64,000 bases of DNA from positions 34,038,001 through 34,102,000 of the forward strand of contig OX597833.1 in assembly GCA_951406725.2 (NCBI GenBank), in the 5' to 3' direction. Numbering within the stretch: position 1 is the stretch's first letter; every line of letters starts with the position of its first letter. A model generated the notes under the pieces. It was not told the DNA's origin and did no database searches. It was given only the letters and a program-made list of their open reading frames with translations. Both the position numbers and the translations under genes were made by a program. This stretch comes from Octopus vulgaris (lineage: Eukaryota). Positions 60,010 through 64,000 of the stretch are shown here, in pieces.

Positions 60010-60862
60010 CAGGGTGTTTGGGCTAAATTTGACAGTTTGCATAAAAGGAAAAGAAAACACGATATCCCATCCAAAAATAAAAAGTATTTTAAAAGAACAA
60101 AAAATATCAATTAGATTATGGCCAGGAGATAACAGTTTACTTGAAGTAGCCACCCTCAGCTTTCACCACAGCCTCAAGATAGCTCCAAACCTGCCAATTG
60201 TTTCCCAGGCAAGATCTTTCAAAACCTCCTTGATTTGGCCACCAACTTGGCTTTAGTGTTTCAAGCAGAATGGTTGGTCCTTTCTCACTACCAGCCCACA
60301 CATAATAATCCATGGAATTGTAATTAGGGGGCCAGAAATAGAAGCTGATGGAGTCGTAGAGATTCTCTGACATCTACTTCTGATTTTTTACGGAGGTATG
60401 GCAAGTAACTGAATCCTGCTACCATGCATATTGTCTTCCAGTAGCAACCCTCTCCAGTTAGGGTTTGACTATAGTCTACAGCAGTTTCACATTGCCATCT
60501 GAACTGAGCTTAAGGCCCTGTTCAGAGATGTGGGACGACATGTCATCCCCCTCACTGGAGACATACCCAAAGACCATCATAGTTTGGGGAAACTTGGTTT
60601 TCATGTTGTCCATGTCACATCTAACAGTCTTTAGTGTTCATAGAGCATTGAGTAGCAGTCACAATATTGACATTTTGATACTTGGCATGAATCATCATGA
60701 TACTGGTAACTCTTTTCTAATATTCAAGATGGATTTTAGTCCTCCATGTCTGCTAACTTTTTCTCAAATTCTCTCCATTGCTGTTGACTGTTCATCCATA
60801 CAACAAGCTGTTCTTGAAAAAAAGGTGACATAAAAATCTTCAAATTTAACCTGAACATTCTG
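60010..60862 (-). mobile_element. Tc1/mariner (maT-like) derivative, sister of 15471-16326
   Basis: TIR cagggtgtttgggctaaatttgac / caaatttaacctgaacattctg; FWPPN..SMDYYVW. Confidence 0.8.
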
Positions 60863-62319
60863 TAAATATATTTATAGGCTAGACACTGATTCTCTGGGTA
60901 ACTTTCTCCCAACAGCTTTGGTGTTCCTTAATACAGTCATGAATGTTGTTTTTGATCCTCTAACAGTCATAAAAATATATGTCATTCTTTAGCATTCTAT
61001 CAACTACTTCTACGTTATATGCTTATATACTTTGAATAACTGCAATCTGCTTCAATAGACATGATTGCAACTATTTAATAAAGGGTCTCCAGATAACCTT
61101 TAACATCACCTGGACAAAACAAGTCACCAATAACTGACTATGGATCTCTCTTTCAGTTGTTACAGCAAAAAGATGGCTGCAACTTTCTAAGTACTAATTC
61201 ATATTTACCTGCAAACCAGCACTGACCCAGGGGAAGATGAACTATAGGCTTTCTTCTAAAACCATGGTTAAGATGATGATGGAGAACAGTGGCACTGTGA
61301 CTGTTGATGATGGATCAGGGTATTTAGTGTATTTAGCCATTGTGCTCAATTGCAAATGCAATATGTGAATGTTATATGGTAATGATATCTCTTTAGTCTG
61401 TTAGTTTAGAGTTTTCTAAACTAGATTAATCTGGAAAAAGCACTCAAAGACTGGCAAGTGAAGTTGATGTTAATTTTACATTTGAATATTTGCATTTCAA
61501 TGAAATACAAGATAGACATGCAAGTAAGGAATTCCGGAGAGATGATGGTCTAGAGAGGAAGAACTGCCTGTAGTTGTTTCTGCTGTGCAGTTGGACACAT
61601 CAGGATCAAACTGCCTGGATTCAAAACCTGTCAAATCTTAAGAACCAACAAAGGAACCTCTATGTAGTCACTCAATCTGTTACAAACAGCATCCAAGTCT
61701 CCCTCAAATCACACCCTACAATCTTAAAAAGGAAAGAACACACTAGATAATGTAGTCCTTAATACACTGTCTGAGGAGGAAACTGACTTTATGCTTATGG
61801 CTAGAACATCTTTGATCATATGTTTGTTATACCAGAACTGACCTGGTGCTAAACAACTATATTATTAATGTTTATTTATTCACATAGTTTTAAATCTATC
61901 ATTCATTATCTTGTAGAATGATATTGTAGGGTAGGTGTGAGAGGCCAGATCTGGCCGGTTTAAATGCTAAAGGGTTAACCAAACTAAAGAAAATAAAGCT
62001 GACACTAATTTTACAAGTACAAAACTATAGTATTAGATTGTAAACTGTACATAAGGGTAATCACAGACCTGTCTGAGCTCACAATCTTTCTGTCACATAC
62101 CTTGAAAAATGGCAAAGTATTCAAAGTAAAAATGTATTATATGTACAAACTATTCACACACATTAATTCCTTCCAAGTGCAACAAAGCCAGTCCAAATCA
62201 CATTACTATGTAAATAGTGCAACTGCATTACAAACAGCACTAGCAGCCATCATCCATTGTGAGCTTCATCTGAGCTTTGTAGAGAGTAACTATTAAAGAC
62301 TGAAGTATTTTTTGGCTCT

Positions 62320-63330
62320 AAAGAGGGAGAGCAGTCTTTGTGATGCAATTCTGATTATGATGGAGGCGGGTGTTCACCAGGAGACCCTCAGTGACTGTGA
62401 AGCTGAGCCTTAGTAGCAACTTTGATAGTTCTAGTATGCTATTCATATTTAGTAGGGTGAAGTGTGATAATGTTTTCTTGATATGTGCAGTAATTGGGAG
62501 TTTGTGCTGTTGAAGGAAACAAGGCTGACACAACTTGATTTTTTTTTTTTTTTTTTTGCAATCCTTTGTTCATGGAGTCATGGCATATATAGTTTGAATG
62601 CGAATGATATTCAAACTATATCACATCATGCCTTGCAATTGAGTACAATGGCCAAATTCACCAAATACTCTCTATGTCTTCCATCATCATCATCTTGACC
62701 ATGGTTTTGGAAGAGAGCCTATAGTTCATCTTCCCCTGGGTCAGTTCCGGTTTGCAGGTAAATGTGAATGTAGCAAGTAGTACTTGGAAAGATCAGGGAG
62801 AAATGAAAGGGAATATCATCTGTGAAGGAGTGGGTATTGCCAGAAGTGATTACAAGTCATTAATGTAAGGAGGGGGAGCATGTGGGGACACTGAAATTGA
62901 TAGTTAGAGAGAGTGCCATCAGTACACACTATCATGGTACAATCTGACAGGAATTCACTAATCTGAGCAAAAGAGAGAGAGGTGGAGCTTATAAGCGAGA
63001 TGTTTTGCCAGATTTGTGTTAGGGGAAACAATACTTTCTTCACCAATTTCTCAATAGTGAGAGCCTATGGTGAAGTGACAATGGAGACCAAGTCTTCAGT
63101 AGATGTAGCTTTACAAAAGCAGCACTAATGGTTACTGAGAAGGAGAGAGTTAAAGTTTTAAAGTAGGTGATTGTAAGTGGCTGTTTCTATCAGCTTTAAG
63201 ATGGGAGAAATGAATCTAGTAGGACACTCACTGGCTGGGTTAGAGGAGTCACCCTTCTTGAGAATAACGTTTTAAAAGATTAGATTGTATACTGAGATTG
63301 GAGAGTTTGGTTAGGAATGAGGAGACCCCC
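62320..63330 (-). pseudogene. Old CR1/L2-group RT remnant
   Basis: VILKKGDSSNP..CP..FIS, ISEFLSD...V.TDG.LS; heavily decayed. Confidence 0.55.
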
Positions 63331-63370
63331 ATTGGTCATGAATGATCATGAGATTGCACCTAGAAAGTTA

Positions 63371-63654
63371 CCCTCCGAGGCACGAGTCCAGGCAAGGTTG
63401 TTTGTGGAAGGCCAGCAGTTGTCCATGCATACCAGCCTCCCCTCTCCACACCATTGATGTTATCCAAAGGAAAGGCAAAGGCCGATACAGCTTGGCACCA
63501 GTGATGTCGTGACTCGTTTCTAGAGCTGAGTGAACTGGAGCAACGTGAAATAAAGTGTCTTGCTCAAGAACACAACACGCAGCCTGGTCTGGGAATCAAA
63601 CTCACAACCTCATGATCGTAAGCTCGACGTTCTAACCACTGAGCCACGCGCCTT
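63371..63654 (-). mobile_element. tRNA-derived SINE (second family)
   Basis: Minus strand aaggcgcgTGGCTCAGTGGttagaa...gagtttgattccc...ttgagcaagacactt; degenerate copy at ~29952-30100(+). Confidence 0.85.
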
Positions 63655-64000
63655 AGGAATAGTTGCTCACTTTATGATGTAATATATTGCCAGTATATCT
63701 TAACTCTACTCAGTAAAGAGTGAGGGATAGACTTAACTTGAGGAAGAAGGACTTGAGTCTTACAAACTCTTAATAATTTGCATCTGAAAATAAAAAGTTA
63801 GTAAAATTCATCAGTGTAAAATAAATTCAAGTGTTGTGAGATGGGTAAATTCGGATGTTCCTAGCAGTCCTTCAAAGAAATAAGAACTGTTGGAAGAGTC
63901 TGCAGTAACACTCTTCTCATCTTTGAGTAAAGCCATGAGTACAAACAAATGTCCTAAGTCAACATTTTCAGGACACACTGGCAACATCATCAGCACCCCA

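Overview
AT-rich, microsatellite-dense eukaryotic DNA. The SINE/LINE families and the (TA)n/(CA)n load look like an octopod cephalopod (Octopus-like; recognised by eye, not searched). No intact host protein-coding gene is evident, and most ORF-track entries are microsatellite or antisense artefacts. The window is a nested mosaic of mostly decayed mobile elements: CR1-type, RTE, R4/Dong-like and CRE-like non-LTR elements, Gypsy, a Penelope-like element (PLE; RT + GIY-YIG), a Helitron, mariner/Tc1 derivatives, MITEs and tRNA-derived SINEs. One CR1-type RT ORF (50190-51995) is still open. The main signal is a set of short, often fold-back, non-coding elements carrying minimal type I hammerhead ribozyme (HHR) motifs with palindromic helix III. 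Their core 3-8 pair covaries between families: C3-G8 at 313, 44754 and 48250; U3-A8 at 19811; G3-C8 at 54008; plus an A6U family at 40389 and 47051. One HHR element sits behind a tRNA-like Pol III head. A possible host promoter/first exon lies near 58 kb. Coordinates of degenerate elements are approximate, and ribozyme activity is untested.
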